From positions 6,822,001 through 6,886,000 of the forward strand of contig NC_087246.1 of NCBI RefSeq assembly GCF_037042905.1: DNA of 64,000 nucleotides, written 5' to 3'. The translations under genes and the position numbers were made by a program. The notes below the pieces were generated by a model, which saw only the letters and a list, made by a program, of their open reading frames with translations, was not told the origin of the DNA and made no database searches. Position 1 is the first letter of the stretch. Every line of letters starts with the position of its first letter. Positions 36,481-50,681 of this stretch are shown piece after piece. Source of the stretch: Lytechinus pictus. Taxonomy: Eukaryota.

Positions 36481-39400
36481 TATCGGTTGCCCATATTGCA
36501 TTAATGGTACCAGCTTACGATTTCATTTACAAAAGGCAGTGTTGTCTACTGTATTATAGTAACATTGATGATAATCATTAATTTTTTTGACACTTTATAG
36601 ATTTTAAAAAGTAGTTTAAATGTCAGCCTACAGAGATGTAGACCGATGCATTTCTTACTTTCTTTTGTAATGAAATATACAATTTACTATTTTTTTCCGA
36701 GAAGTAGGGCCTCCATGTACCTTGCTTTCCTGATTATAAATATAGGTACATTCTTATTTTATGGTTTTCCAAGAGAAAAACCTCCTTTGCCGGCATGCAG
36801 TTTAAATACTTTAAAAGTGTTTTACATTAAAAACATTGTAAATCTATGTCCACAGTACTTTTGTGTCTTCTTGACTTCGTTCAATTGAATTAAAGTGCAC
36901 TAGTAAGTTTTGAGCCGAGTCCCCAGACCTGAGAACACTCCAAGACATCCCCTCCTGGACTTAACCCATGTTCTTAGCAATTAATAAATCGCTTGAGGGA
37001 AAACAGACAGTGGTCAAATAACCAATCTCAGATGATGTATTCCGGGGCACAGTAAGGCATCTTCTTCTCATGCTCGTAAGTGCTTTTCCCCTATGGGCGA
37101 CACTTGAGCCTTGCTGAACAGTTCTAACTGTATCACGGGTCCTTCTGGCGAAGTGCAATCGAAAGACGATGGGCTCGATTAGATATGTTTCTAGGATTCG
37201 GTATCGTTCTCTATCACTTTAGACCACACAGCACATAAGGGAAACCTTCAAAACGGGTCAAGAAGAACCCTTGTGGCCTAACTGACAATATAGTTGTTTC
37301 CGTGAATCTCTTTGTCTTTAAGTGGTCATTGATTTTTTATGGAACCTCAGGATGATTAAATAGGTGTCAATTAAGATCTTGACATTTTTCTCAAGGACTT
37401 ATAATTTGAATAGTTTTGGATCAATTTAATAGGGTATGTTATGTATTCAACTTTCTCTAAAATAATCTCTTCAAATTTTAAGAAGATCATAGCCTTTATC
37501 ATATGACTTTTTTGGCATTGATGAATTTGATAACACAACATAGATATCATGACTGATTGCCCCCCATGTGACAAAGTATTTATGACCTAATATTATTGAG
37601 TTAGTTTATTTCAAGCTGTCTTATTCAGAGATGTACTTAATATTGTAAGGTCTAGATAAAAACCATTAATATTAGCATAGTAGTTTAGATTTGCTATTGA
37701 TTCAGTTGTTCATTTTACCCTTCAAAATTACATTGCCTTCTGACTACTCCACATGGCATGCATTCCGACCCGAAGCGATAGCTGCTCTTCTTTAAACGCA
37801 AACAAACTCCGCTTGGAATACGAGGTATCGATCCGCAAAATTTGAGATAGGAGAAAGATGGCCGACTTTCTCTGCTCTGGTTTTATTGTTCCTGCATGGC
37901 CAGGGGAAACGTTTTGTGTGTGCTTTCATATTTCACACTCCTATAATGAAGTATTGTGAAATAAAGCAGACAATAATTGTCCATGTGGCTTTTTTCTGAA
38001 TTCAAATTTGTACAAGATCATGGACTATTTGTTAAGTCTGCAAAGCCTCAAGCAAGAACATTATGTTAAAAAAGTAGGTTTTGAAATATTTTGTGTGGTT
38101 CTTCCATCTTGACTGTCAATCATTATACAACCACCAGCATTCTTGAAGGATGTGATAGAGTAACAACAGCTCTAATTTCAGGATATGTTTTTCAAGAAGA
38201 AACAGGATAAAGAATTGTTCATGAAGTGTTTGATGAGAACATGGTTTCAGTTTTATGAGAAGTAAATGCAAGTAATTAAGACACTGGCACCGTTTTTTTT
38301 TTTTATTATCAACTTTTCCTTTCAATATTGCCTTTTCTTTAAACCTAATCAAGAACAGTAATCTGGAAGTGCTGGAATACATACATGTATGAAGGGAATA
38401 TGTGAAGCTATACGTAGTAGATATGGCTAATATTTTAATTTTAATGATGTAGCCGAGAGGCTTTCATGTTAAAATTATTTACAAATTCCTGCGAACGAAT
38501 TGCATCACTTTCCTTCATTGCAGCCCTGTGCATTTTTTACCCCAAATTATTTTTTTGGCATTTACCCTCCTCTTGCCAGCATTGTACCATCACTTCTACA
38601 GTAGGTATGTTTGCCCTATGAATTTGATCTCATCTGAACGGTCTTTTCTCCATCGTCCTTATATGAACCGGGTCATGATACAATGCATGTCAACAAAACT
38701 TGATATACCTTCAAACTAAGATATAAAACAATGAGATACATTAGACAGTGATTGATGATTAGGAGAAATATGGATAGAAGGAACTGATGCATTCTTGATG
38801 AGGATGTCATCTTTTCCATAGCACAGGCTTTTCCAGCTCCTCTAACATCATTGACACAAAAGCGTGAAAGGCAGATATTGGCTTGTTACATTAAGACTGC
38901 CCTCTATTGTTGGGGCACATGTCAATCAGATCCTAGGTCTGAATAGTGCGCGTCAAATTAATATTGGGATGGTATTAGCTCTGAATGGACTCAATTTAGC
39001 TAAAATTGTTGGATGGATGAAAATTGATAGGCTACCAAACAAAGTGAGTGTGCATGAATAGAAAGTAATACTTGCTCATATTTTTTCCCCTTCCCTTTTG
39101 TGTGGTAAAGGGGAGCATTAATTACAGGCAGCGATTGTTCAGAATAGTTGCGATGAATGGATTCTTGCAATGCAAAGGGTTTGGCCTAGGATTTGCTGTC
39201 AATGATCAAACAGGCTAATAACGTACAATTATGGAAGATCGTGTGGCTTTGAAAAGAAGCTTGAGTGATTTAATCGCAGGGCATGTTGAAATAGACGATC
39301 TGATTTATTACCAGCTCAAATTGGTTCGTCACCTTTCCTATTGGGATGAGGATTGTTAAAAGCATGTAGCGTTGTTTACTTTATTACCCCTATCTGTCTG

Positions 39401-41207
39401 TATGTCTCTATTCATATCTTTCACAGCATTTATATTAGTTATCAATTTTATATTTTACTATTAACTTTGTATCTCTCAGCATAAAGCTGTAAGCAGATAT
39501 GGCAATTCTGTCACTGTTTTACATAAATGGGGGTGGGGATCCGACCTTGTACCCAAAAACCTTTTTTTATCATCAAATTCTGCATTGCTCAAGGTTGGTA
39601 TCTGTGAGTGTCTTTTTATGTTGAAGAATTCTTTGATTATGAAACTCAAATGAATACCCATCTTGACAAATCCCCTGACTCGTTAAATATATTTCACTTT
39701 TCAAATCTGTTAAAAGCAATGATCAAGAAGGATTTAGGTGTATCCCGTCAATATATTCATTGCTTTTCCAATCAGAGCCAATACATGGATAGAATCAAAA
39801 CCTGTATATTAGTAATCACAAGTTTCTAATAAACTGAGATTTGGATGAATTCCAGTGATGAATTCCTGATAGAAATCTTAAATAGTATTAATGTGATAAA
39901 TAACCTTGATTATACTGGTTGTCTTCAATATAAGATGATTATATTTACATGTAATTCATTTGAGTTGCTGAATAATGGATTTCTAATAAGTATCCTTTTC
40001 AAAGAATATCTTTATTTGGATGGAAAGTAAATCCTTTTCTCTTTCCCTGTTTTGTATTTAAAGCATTGTGATTATTTTACAAGATTTTACTAGATTGATT
40101 CTTTTTGTTTTAAACAAGTTGTTATCTTCTTTGATTATCTGTTTTTCACTTTTCTTTATTTCTTGCAAGCTATTATGACATATGAAGATTCTAGAAAGCT
40201 AATAATTGGTACAATGACATTTCTAAAATGTTGCATTTTCTTCTATTCTTGAAGAGAGAAACTGAAACTGAAATCCTTGTTTAGCAATCGTCACCCAAAG
40301 AACATTCTCTCGATTGTTAGGCAACCGGTGCAAATATTTTGCCGATGAACCGTGTGCCGAGTGTCAACATGCTGCATATTAGATTGCTTGGGTCCTGGTG
40401 TGTCCTGAAGTCGTGTCCTGGGGTCGGGTTTCTCGGGCTTATTAACTGACTATTACCCTTCTCAAACACTCGGAGGTGCATTATTTCACAACGCATCCGC
40501 CAATCACCCCCCCTGCTTTTTGGGTGATGCGGGATGTGTGCAGTGGCGTGCTAGGTTTCATATCGGCTGGCACCGCAACCGCACAGGGATTAACTCCTCT
40601 ACTGCTAATTCAATCAGTGAGTTGGCTTGTAAAGGAGACTAGTATGTTGAAAGGCTAGTCCAATAAGGGAATCCTCTTGATCAAATTAGATCTCTGGCTT
40701 GTCTTAGTAATGTTCAATGTTCCAAGTGCAGATTATTACTCTTACAAACATTCTCTCTCAAATAGTTGCTCTCAGATATATACCTGTATGTGTACAGTCC
40801 ATTTCCATCCTGTCTCAATTACTTTAGCCGATAATAAGAACATTGATAATTGAAATCTTGTGTAATCTAATGGTGAGTAACATCTTCATAAATGGGACAT
40901 TCATTTTAACAATAAGTTGGTTTTAATAAAGTGTAAAGCGAGTAAAGCAAGTTATGAATTTTTAAAAGTTTTTGATTTATGACATCACTTTATTCTATCC
41001 CAGGAAATAAAAATTGCCCCGTGACAAATTTATACCCCATGACATAGGGACGAGCTGCTCACCTCTGCCGTCTCAAAATCAAAATTTAAACAATTCATAA
41101 CTCCATTATTTTATGATGGATTTTAGCCCGTATGTTTCTCTTATTTTTCTGCTTTTATTGAAACCAACTTTTTGTATAGGTGAATTTTCCTTTTGATTCA
41201 AAACTTA

Positions 41208-41654
41208 GACCCCATTCTCATTACAGTCCTAAAACTAGTTTACTGGAAACTAGTTTAACATGTAATATGAACACTCAAAGCGGTCTTAAGGGCGATCTTC
41301 CAAACTGGTTCAGAAACCACCATGTGGTATAGTTTTCAGGATTGCTTTGCGTCGTTATACTAGTTTAAGCATAGGTGAGGACACGACCATTCTTTGGGAG
41401 CGATCTTTGCACATGTTGGGCACGTTACTCCACACACTGTGTGTAGGATGTCTATGCTGCGCTTTCAAATTTTGTGTGAAACACGTCACCTCACCGAGAG
41501 TGTTCCAGTAGCCACACGACCGCTTTACGTGAAGTGGTTTTGGAAACCCCTTTTGGGTGATCAGATGGGAACGCTAGCTAAGCAATCTTCTTAACGGGAT
41601 TTCTGAACCGGTTTCCACTAAACTAGTTTTAGAAAGTATACTGAGATCAGGGTC
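41208..41654. mobile_element. Harbinger-type MITE family A, copy 5
   Basis: Ends gaccccattctca / tgagatcagggtc, TSD TTA, same orientation as copies 1 and 3. Confidence 0.8.
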
Positions 41655-42195
41655 TTACTCTCTCCCAAGAAACAAATTTGCCCAAAGCACATATTTTCCA
41701 ATCTAGATCTTCTGATCTTTTTTACAACTGTCTTCATACAGACTTGATAATTTCTTCAGTGATTTTACGAACCAGCTCAAAGCTGATTTTCTGTCAAATT
41801 TTTTTAAATTTATTTTTTGCATATTCTGGAAGCCTATGATTCACTCTATTGATTTGCCAAATTTCAGATCAAAATTTGTATTTAAAGAATAAGAGCATAT
41901 CAAATCTTTTTACGAACCGGCTCAAACCCTCCTTTGATTTTACGAAACTGGTTCAAACCATTTTTTGTGTATTAAAAAGTTTCTGGAATGGCGCGCACAG
42001 GTCAAAGGCCCATCCTAGATGCTGCGCATATGTGGATTGTGCTTCTAAAAAAACATGCGCATCACATTAATGATTTTACAAACTGACTCAAATCCCCTGT
42101 AAATGTTTTTTGTAAAAAAAAAATGGCAGCTTCTAATATGCATACATGCGTTTCATTATATTGAAAGAAGATATGAATTGCGGACAAATTTTGTA

Positions 42196-42889
42196 CAGTC
42201 CGACCTCTCTTATCCGGCCTCCCCCATCCAGATCTCTCTATTATCTGGACGCACACTTGTCAAGATTTTTTTTTCAATTCAATCTAGTATGTGGGGAAAT
42301 GAGATATGCAAATTAACTTTGATTACATATATTTTCCAATATAGTCTACCTACAACAACTTTATTTTTATGAAAATATCTCACCCAAGTCACAGAAAGAA
42401 CGCAAACATTTCATCACGTTCTCTTTTTCTTTCCCGGGGAAAAACAACGCATGTCTCGCTAGCTAGCACTAGGCCTCTATACGATACGGACAGAGCCATC
42501 TATCACGTGTGAGCCTACAGTCAGTATAACAACGGCTGACATTTCGAAGCCACGACACCCGCCGCGATGATCTAATTGTAAAACTTAGTTTCATCGAGTT
42601 ATTCTCTTTCTTTCGAGGTATGCTCGATGTATTCCTCAATCATTTTAGCAGGTAAATTATCCAAGAGTTTTGGCCATGGATTGATTTCATTTCCGTAAAA
42701 CTACCGCCTATATTTTGCACTGACACTGCAGTGAATACTGTCTGTATGCCCACTACAATAGATTATGTGTAGCTACCGCCATTGGAAAGGCAGCTGCGTG
42801 TATTTGATATTGGGTCTCCCAGATCCGGATAAATCCGTTATCCGGATTGGTGCTGGTCCCAACGTGTCCGGATAAGAGAGGTCGGACGG
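42196..42889. mobile_element. Tc1/mariner superfamily (pogo/Tigger-like) non-autonomous element (694 bp)
   Basis: 22-bp TIR cagtccgacctctcttatccgg / ccggataagagaggtcggacgg, TA TSD, subterminal tatccgg repeats. Confidence 0.85.
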
Positions 42890-45800
42890 TATATTATAAA
42901 AGAAGAGAATATATGCTTTAAATTGATATGAATAATCAATCTGGTTTCGTTCAAAGAGCGAAGCATCTGAAAAACACCTAAACTTTGAATGCGATTATCT
43001 CGAAATCATGTTTTGGAGACCAGCTGAGGTTTGAGCCAGTTCGATTCGCATCCACCCTTTGTTTTTTCCCCTAAAAAAACAAAGCCTTTCACATTTACTT
43101 AGACAGTTTTCTCCAATATTCAAATTTGAAACTGAAACTAAATTTTATCTCAAGTCCTCTATAATTATATCAACTAATACACTTTACCACTGATATTATT
43201 CTAGTTGTATTTGTGATTTTTTTTAATCAACCCCCCCCCCCCCCGATTCATCAATGTTGATCATGTTCAGCTGAAAGGGAAATCAAGATATGAATTTTAG
43301 ATGAATATTTTTTTGTGTCTATACACATTGGAAATTCACATGATGTAAAAAAGGCACTCTGTTACATTACAGTGCAATGGAGTACATGAGTACATGTATT
43401 ATATAATTTAGTGATGTGTTATGAATTTTCTTATTATTACTGTAGGATATTAATTTGGTTTGATAGGAATGATCAACTTCGGGGGGGGGGGGGGAGAGGA
43501 AGCCATGAATATCTCAAATTGAAGAATTATGGTTATGTGTACTATATTGTCAGTAAGATGCAAGGATGATCTTGATAAGCCATTTTATTTCGCAATTAAT
43601 CGCTAACCTTTGCGTTATGGGTCTCAAGATTAAGAGACTGAGGCACTTGCGTGAGCATAGATGTAATGCATTTGTATCACTCTTCATTGATTCACATTCT
43701 TTCAGAAAAAATAAATATTCCGTTGATTTAACACTAGCAGTTTTCAGGCAAGGCACTGGCAAGATTTGCACTTTCACAAGAAAAAAATCATAGAGAAATT
43801 TGGTGGTTGATGTGATGCTATCATGTTTGAACAGAATTCTTACATTATATCATTTTCCTTAAGGTTTCTTGCACTCTTTATAGCTTTGTAGTCTTCAGCC
43901 AACTGTCCATCTACTAAGTACTTTGGTAGTAGGGAAAGGTGGTTAACACTTTGAATGTTGTGATATAAAATGTAGAAGTAGGAGGCCTAGGTGTTGTTAA
44001 CTTCACTTTTACTTGTTTATGGTGGTGTGTAACAGTATCATTAAGCTGTCACCTACCCTAGTCAATAAATGTGTTTACTCTCACTATCTCTCCCACTGTA
44101 TTTCCATCTTGTCCTAAGAAAAACAGTGCTCCGTGTGGTCTGAGAAAACCTCTCCCTCGTCTCAGCTATCAGGAAACGAAAGCCTAGACAAACCTCTTCA
44201 CGCTCTGTGGCTGCTCTGTTTACCCTTAGCTTGCAATCGTACCCTCTTATCGCCGATCGGAGAACCCAAACGAAAGCCTCTTCACGTTTCCACTCGCGCC
44301 ACTCTCATAACTCCTCGTTTCCTGTGCAAAATATATACTCTGTTTCAACGAGATACTTCAGTTGCGGGCACTCGTTCATCACCCTGCCTCTCCATCTACA
44401 TGTAGGAGAAAGAGGGTGGGAATGAAGGGGGGGGGGGAGATGTTAAGAAGATGGGAGAGAGAGGGCCCTTGCGCAAACGTTATGCTTGATGTTAGGTATC
44501 GTTTACCATAACTCTGGGCAGTTTTGTCACCCAAACTCTGTCCGGATGCTGACTTCTCGCACCTGATGGTTAGTCTCCCATTTCTTTAATTTCCTCCAGA
44601 CTGCTCTTCTGATTTGGGTTTCCAACCAGTGGGATAATGTTTCCAAAATGTAATACAGATCTTGATCAAGATAAAAAAGGGAAAGAAAAAAAAAACAGTA
44701 GGAACAAACAGAGAGATTAAAAAAAGAGAGGGGTTGGAAGGAAGGAGAATAGTGTCAAGCAGGAGCTCTGTATTGAACCAGCCGGTGCTCTAAGGGATCC
44801 GACATAGCCAAACCTGATGAGTTATCTGGCAAGGGTAACGTATCTCAATTTCTTCTTCTGGCTGGAGCGAATCTTCGTTCATACTTGGTATCTCACAGTT
44901 TAAAGACACCAAATAGTGTTGGTGCAAGTAAAGCATAATCAATATCCCAACGATTTACCACAAGGTTGAGCTCCTCCATTTCTTAGGAAGGAAAAGTAAT
45001 TTTCGATTGCAATTGTAGCTATCAATACCCTTACTGATTGGATAGCAGCAGCATGCCCTGCTTGACAGGCTCTTGAATAATTTGCCCTTTCTCTCTCACT
45101 CTTTGAAAGGCTATCATATGTCCTCTGCTAGCTGGATGTTGTATGGAAAAAGCCCAAAGGACAACCCATTTGTGCATGAACTTGGGTTGGAAAGGAAATA
45201 TGAGCTGTAGACTTGCGTTGTTTGTTAAAAATTTCCTTTTGTTATTGTTAGGTATGTTTCAATCCTAAGGTAATGCAAAATCTAATAATTGAAATTATTG
45301 TTCATACTCTCATATTGTTGAAACTACTCCCTGTTTATCCAGTTTCTGTATAAAAAAAATGTCTAATTCTATTTTTTTGTTCTGACTGGGTTCTTTGTAC
45401 ATAGAATTGATGCAACTTGATAGCTTAGTTTTGGCATTTAAAAGAGAATGAAAGAAATTCAATATAAAAAGGGAAAACAAATCTCATCTAAGAAAAGTTT
45501 TGCCTCCATTTGTGATACATGTGGACCTTTTTTGTTGCATAACATTTAAACAAGTTTCTAGTTATACTGTTTATTTAATGCTTCAAACTTATGATTTGCG
45601 TGGAATAATATTGCTATATTTTTGTTCTTCATGATAGGTAAGTGGAGGAGGAATTATTGGAGAAAAAGAACCTAGTCCAAAGATGTTTTTTGTTTTCCTA
45701 AATTGATTTAAACATCTACGTATACATTTCCCTGTTGGATTTAAAGGACATTATTTTAATCATGTGATCTGACCCTTTAATCAGGGTCCTTGCACCCTCT

Positions 45801-48224
45801 GGGATCTCTGATGGTGGATGTACAGGTTTTTCTTACAATGGAAATTTGACGAACACTGTGAGTTGCAGTGAATGTATGTCGCCTCGAGTCGCAGGTGATG
45901 TATACGCTGTTGCTCGCAGCTGCCTCCCGACCAGCATATCAGTGTCACCATTAAAGTTTGGGTACGGCTTGCCCGTCGTTCATTATACTATTCCTCCAGG
46001 ATAGTATATTATTTCTGTTGCCTTTCGTCGTTAGCGTGATTGTTGTAGGTTTGTTAAAGGAAATCAGGATATTGTATGTACCATTAGAAACTGAAATTTT
46101 CAAAATGAGCTAGCATTCGATGGCAGAGACTCTTTTTGAACATCTGTTTGAAGGTTACGTTCTGCTTAATGTCTCTTTCGAACATGAAAGGGAGATGGAT
46201 AGTAAAAGATTGACATGGCTGGATGGTATATTTGTTTTCCAAGTTCATTTTAACCTAACACATCTCTGTGCTTGGTTGTACTTCCTTAGATCTTCGTGGA
46301 CTCAGTCTTGCCCAGTCTTCCTTGAGCATGCTTTCTCTACTACACCCTCCCCATTTCTGCTGCTATTTCTGTACGCCCAAGCCTGTCAATAATGTTACTT
46401 CCTAAACTCTTTGTTATCAATGGATTCCACATTTACTAGCAATTTGATTATGTCGAATCCTTTCCTCTTTTCTGCATTCATTTTTGTAGCCTCCTTAGGA
46501 TTGAATGCTGACAAGAACACAATCCCATGTTCCCCGGCCCTTGGTTCTTGAGCCTCTCACTGTACCTCTCTTATCGTCCATCTTGTCTGCTTACATTGTC
46601 TCCTGGGTCGTCATCATATCCTCACACCAGTCACTCACAGACTCCATCAACATCCCTCTTCTTCTCACCCTCATCCTCCATTACTTTCACACCAGATGCA
46701 TATCAGCCTTGGGGGCCATTTTAGACCCCACCTCCATTCATCAGTGTACTTAACTATCTCCATTTTGTGTGAGCAGTTGGGCTCTCCTGAGCATTCTGTC
46801 TCTCCCATCTTCATTCTAGGTCTCAGAGAAAAAAAATATTTCCCTCGTTCAAGAACTGAAAGTAAGCAAGCATTCTGTTGCTTAAGTTTCTTGTTATAGG
46901 GGTACCTCATTCATTCACTCAAAATTGGAAACAAATCAGAGGTACAGATGCGATTAAAAACATACTACAGATAGTGGGAAGGAAGCCATGATGATTATAA
47001 TCTCAGGTAATACCATTCTAGGATTATCCTAAATTAAGTTGGTTGGATCTCATTAGCTTTAGTAAGCCTTTTTTATTCTGTTTACTGATTCTGGGTTAAA
47101 AAACTTTCATCTGTTTGTACCCCATTAGAAATTGTCTGAATGGATTTCCTCAAGTATGAGGGTATGAAGTTAACAGTGAAGGTGTGGTTGATTCATGGTT
47201 CTGTTATCAGATCACAGAGAATCCTTCTAAATGCTTTTAGATTTTAACAGTGGGAACTTTCCCACATCTTCCCACCTTTTTAGTAATGATCATGGATAAT
47301 AACCTCCTTTTATCACATTTTTATAGTCACGACTTAGTAGGAAGCTATGTAAGTGAGTCCGGAAGGCCAGTTAGCATAATTTGTAACGTTCAGACAAGCA
47401 ACTAAAGAACTAATTGCCACCTTGTTGTCCACTGTTTCCACTGAATCCTTATGAGTTTCATAGAAGTCGTGTAAATCTGGCGCTATATCCATGTATCATT
47501 AGTTAACATGACGCCACATGCTTTGTATTTGTGTGCATTGATGTGTCTTGAAGATTTTGATGGGATACAGAAATGTATCCCATCTTGCTTGCTTGCCATT
47601 TGCATCATTGTCTTTTTTTTAAGGGATGACTTCAAATGAACCTGGTAAATACAAACTGTCAGAATGCCCATATTTTGCTCAGCCAGGATCTCCAGGAAGA
47701 AAGGGATTATTGAGAAGCCATGTATCATCACATCAATCTGGTTTACCAGTGAGGATCAGTCTAGTAGTGATGATCAAGAAGTGCCTGTGATAATTGGCAA
47801 CTGTTAACTTTGGAATAATTTGGGATCTCTCTCAACTTGTAGTGATGCTCTGAATCCTCATCAGTCACTGGATGGGTCTTCAGCAGAATAGTGACAGATC
47901 AATTATGCACAAAAGCAGACAATTACTCTCTACACAATCATCCCCCTTGTAGGTCAATCGATCAGTGTGAATCCGTGGACAATAGGAGCGTTAATCGAGT
48001 GACAACCTATTGTCCAGTCTGTCTGGGCTATTGACCAGTGACCACTGCAGCCAAATTCTGGAGAGTCTAGATGAAGCCTGAGTGGGAGAGGTCATACAAG
48101 TGGGTATCCTGATGAGAAGATTTATTCTGTTGGTGACCTACTCATACATCAGGTTGAAAAATCACCTCAGAGCTCATTGGGACTCTCTACATTGTACCGT
48201 TTTTGATGTTCGTAAATAAATTAA

Positions 48225-48552
48225 GTTACATTTATATAGCACTTAAAACATATTTCTACGCGCTTTACTTCGCAATTATTATTACCCCGTCATTGGATCC
48301 TGGCATGCCCACACACAATGTATGCACCTTCTCCACTCCCTGGGGAGCATTCCAACAAAACTTCCATGACTCAATTGTTAGGGATACTACATAGGATTTC
48401 ACATCCTACTAGGTAACCATTTAACACCTGGGTGGAGAGTGGTAAAGTATGGGTTGAAGCATTGCCATAGGAATCTAGGCTGCTGTGGGATTCAAACACA
48501 TGACCCTCTGATTACAAGACAGGATTCAGAACATCTACACCACAACGCTTCC
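48225..48552 (-). mobile_element. tRNA-derived SINE with LINE2-like 3' tail
   Basis: On the minus strand: tRNA-like head with A box-like tggtgtagatg and B box gtttgaatccc, core ctctccacccaggtgttaaatggttacc, tail gtaaagcgc...gtgctatataaatg. Confidence 0.7.
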
Positions 48553-50681
48553 ACGAATATCAGATTTTCTATTTCTGGGCCTGGATGTTTGTACTTACTG
48601 TGTGTAACATGTGTTACAGACAAAAAAAATCTAGAGTGTAACGAAACAGTTTGAAGCTGGAAATACCATTGTAAATAGTGAACATTATATAACTTTATGA
48701 TGCTGTGATATGAATAGCAAGCTTAACAAGCACAGTGGGGTGAATCTTAAAAAAAGGTGTTGAATGACTTGATTTGATGGGGCAAAATTGAGAAAGAGAC
48801 AATGTTGACAATTTGTCCAGCTTGATGTCCACAAAGAATTGCCTGTTGATGAAACACTAGAGTTTGATCTTGTTATTCATGAAAGTAGTCTTTTTTCCAA
48901 TTGGGAATCATACTGAATCGAATCATACTGAATCAATAAAAAAAATGAAAATGAATGTTTGCTCTTCACACACACATTATAAATGTTTCAGTAAGAATGA
49001 TCATTTTCAACTCAAAGTAAAGCCTGGAGAATTCATGATGTTGACAGGCTTCTGAAAGGATAGCAGAAAAACCTTGGAGTTTGGCTTGTGGCTCCACTGC
49101 AAGTACTTCCTGAAAGTGACATTTCCTTTGTTTTATGTTAGAAGTATTAATTCTGCAAAGTAAGGATGATGATTGTGTTTGGTTAAAAGAAAGGTAATTC
49201 TTTCATAGTTTACAAAGAGGAACTGGAGAAATCCTCTCGTGTGTATAATTCAGTACAGTTCCTTAGGGGTCATTGAAGGATAAGAGTACTTCTAGATCTG
49301 CAGAGAGATGTGATAAAGGGAAAGAAGTACAAGAAAGCATTAAAGCTAACTGCATCATCAACTAGGGGGACGTTTGTCATAAGATCTCCTTAATGTTCAA
49401 TTCCCATAATCATTAACAAGCACATTGATGATGTTTGCAAGCTGTAGAGAAGCCATTATCACTTAGTGAAAGGCCTTAAAGTCTGGTCATTGAGGTGAAT
49501 TGTTCCTGCTTATGTGAGGTCATTGGGGTATCATTATACATTGAATCTTTCCTATTCAGTATCTCTATAACCTAGATATTACTTCTTTTATCATGACAGG
49601 AGAATGTCTAGGTATACCCCCCCCCCTCCGATACATTCTTCCTCAATTTTTGTGTGTAAGCGTGTTCATGCCTTTCCTGCAAAGTTTTTTTTTTTAATAG
49701 ATATTACATCACAAAACTCTTTCTTTTACTTTCATTGCAAGACTCTATTTCTTTCATGTTTACCTTCATAATTTGTGTGTGCTCTAATTTGTACTTGAGA
49801 GTTGATTGTGATGTTACTTTAAAGAAGTTACTCATAAGAGCTGCTTGTTTTAGGAAATTAACCTGATGAAGCCTGAATCGCACGTAGGCTTATATCTGTG
49901 CTGGGGTCTGTGGGGGGATGCATGTTGGGGTCTTTAGAAAATGCATGTTGTATTTTCAGTCAGCCTCTAATTGGTAGAATGTAGACCCTGATCTTTATGA
50001 TCTTTTTGAATGTGTTCTATTAAAGTGATTTTTAAACATTTTCAGACAACATAAATTTGTACCCTTTTTGGGCACCGTCCTATCCGAGTTCCATCACTAG
50101 AAGGTGTAGCCATATGATAAAAGATGTTAAGTGTCCCTCTATGCCCAGGGGTATTTTACTCCCAAAGGTATTGATAACATAATGCTTGACTGGTTCTCAA
50201 TCACTACATGTTTAGACCTTATACCCGGTGGGTGCGTGTGCGAGGGCAGGTGGCGATAAACTCGGATTAGGTGACGGTGAAAGGGCTGTGAGTAGCAAGG
50301 GACATAATCCAAAAGCCAAATTGAATTGCTTGCATATTTGCACATTATTCACCAGTGATGCATGCATGTGTGACCGACTGTATCCTTTAATATGTCAACG
50401 TATTCGTCTTGTCAAAACACAATAAAATGTTGGAATTTTTTTGTGATGGATGTGTGACAATTTGCGACCATCTTTTGTGAGAGATTGTTTTTGTCACAAT
50501 CAGGTGTACCTTCAAAATGTTTAATGGATATAAGATTGTGATGGTAAAAGAGGAAAATTATACATGGATGTAATGGACCTGTCATATAATGGGTCTAATG
50601 ATCTGAGAAGCACGTTTATATGATTAAAAAATCTTCTTGAGCTGATTTATAGAAGTATCTGGATGTTGACAGTCTTTTTTT

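Noticed and set aside
42598..42700. Minus-strand peptide EINPWPKLLDNLPAKMIEEYIEH in the pogo-like element as a transposase remnant
   Set aside because: Resemblance to pogo C-termini is too weak to support without a search.
48460..48552. tRNA-like sequence
   Set aside because: It is a degenerate SINE head with no intact cloverleaf, followed by SINE core and tail.
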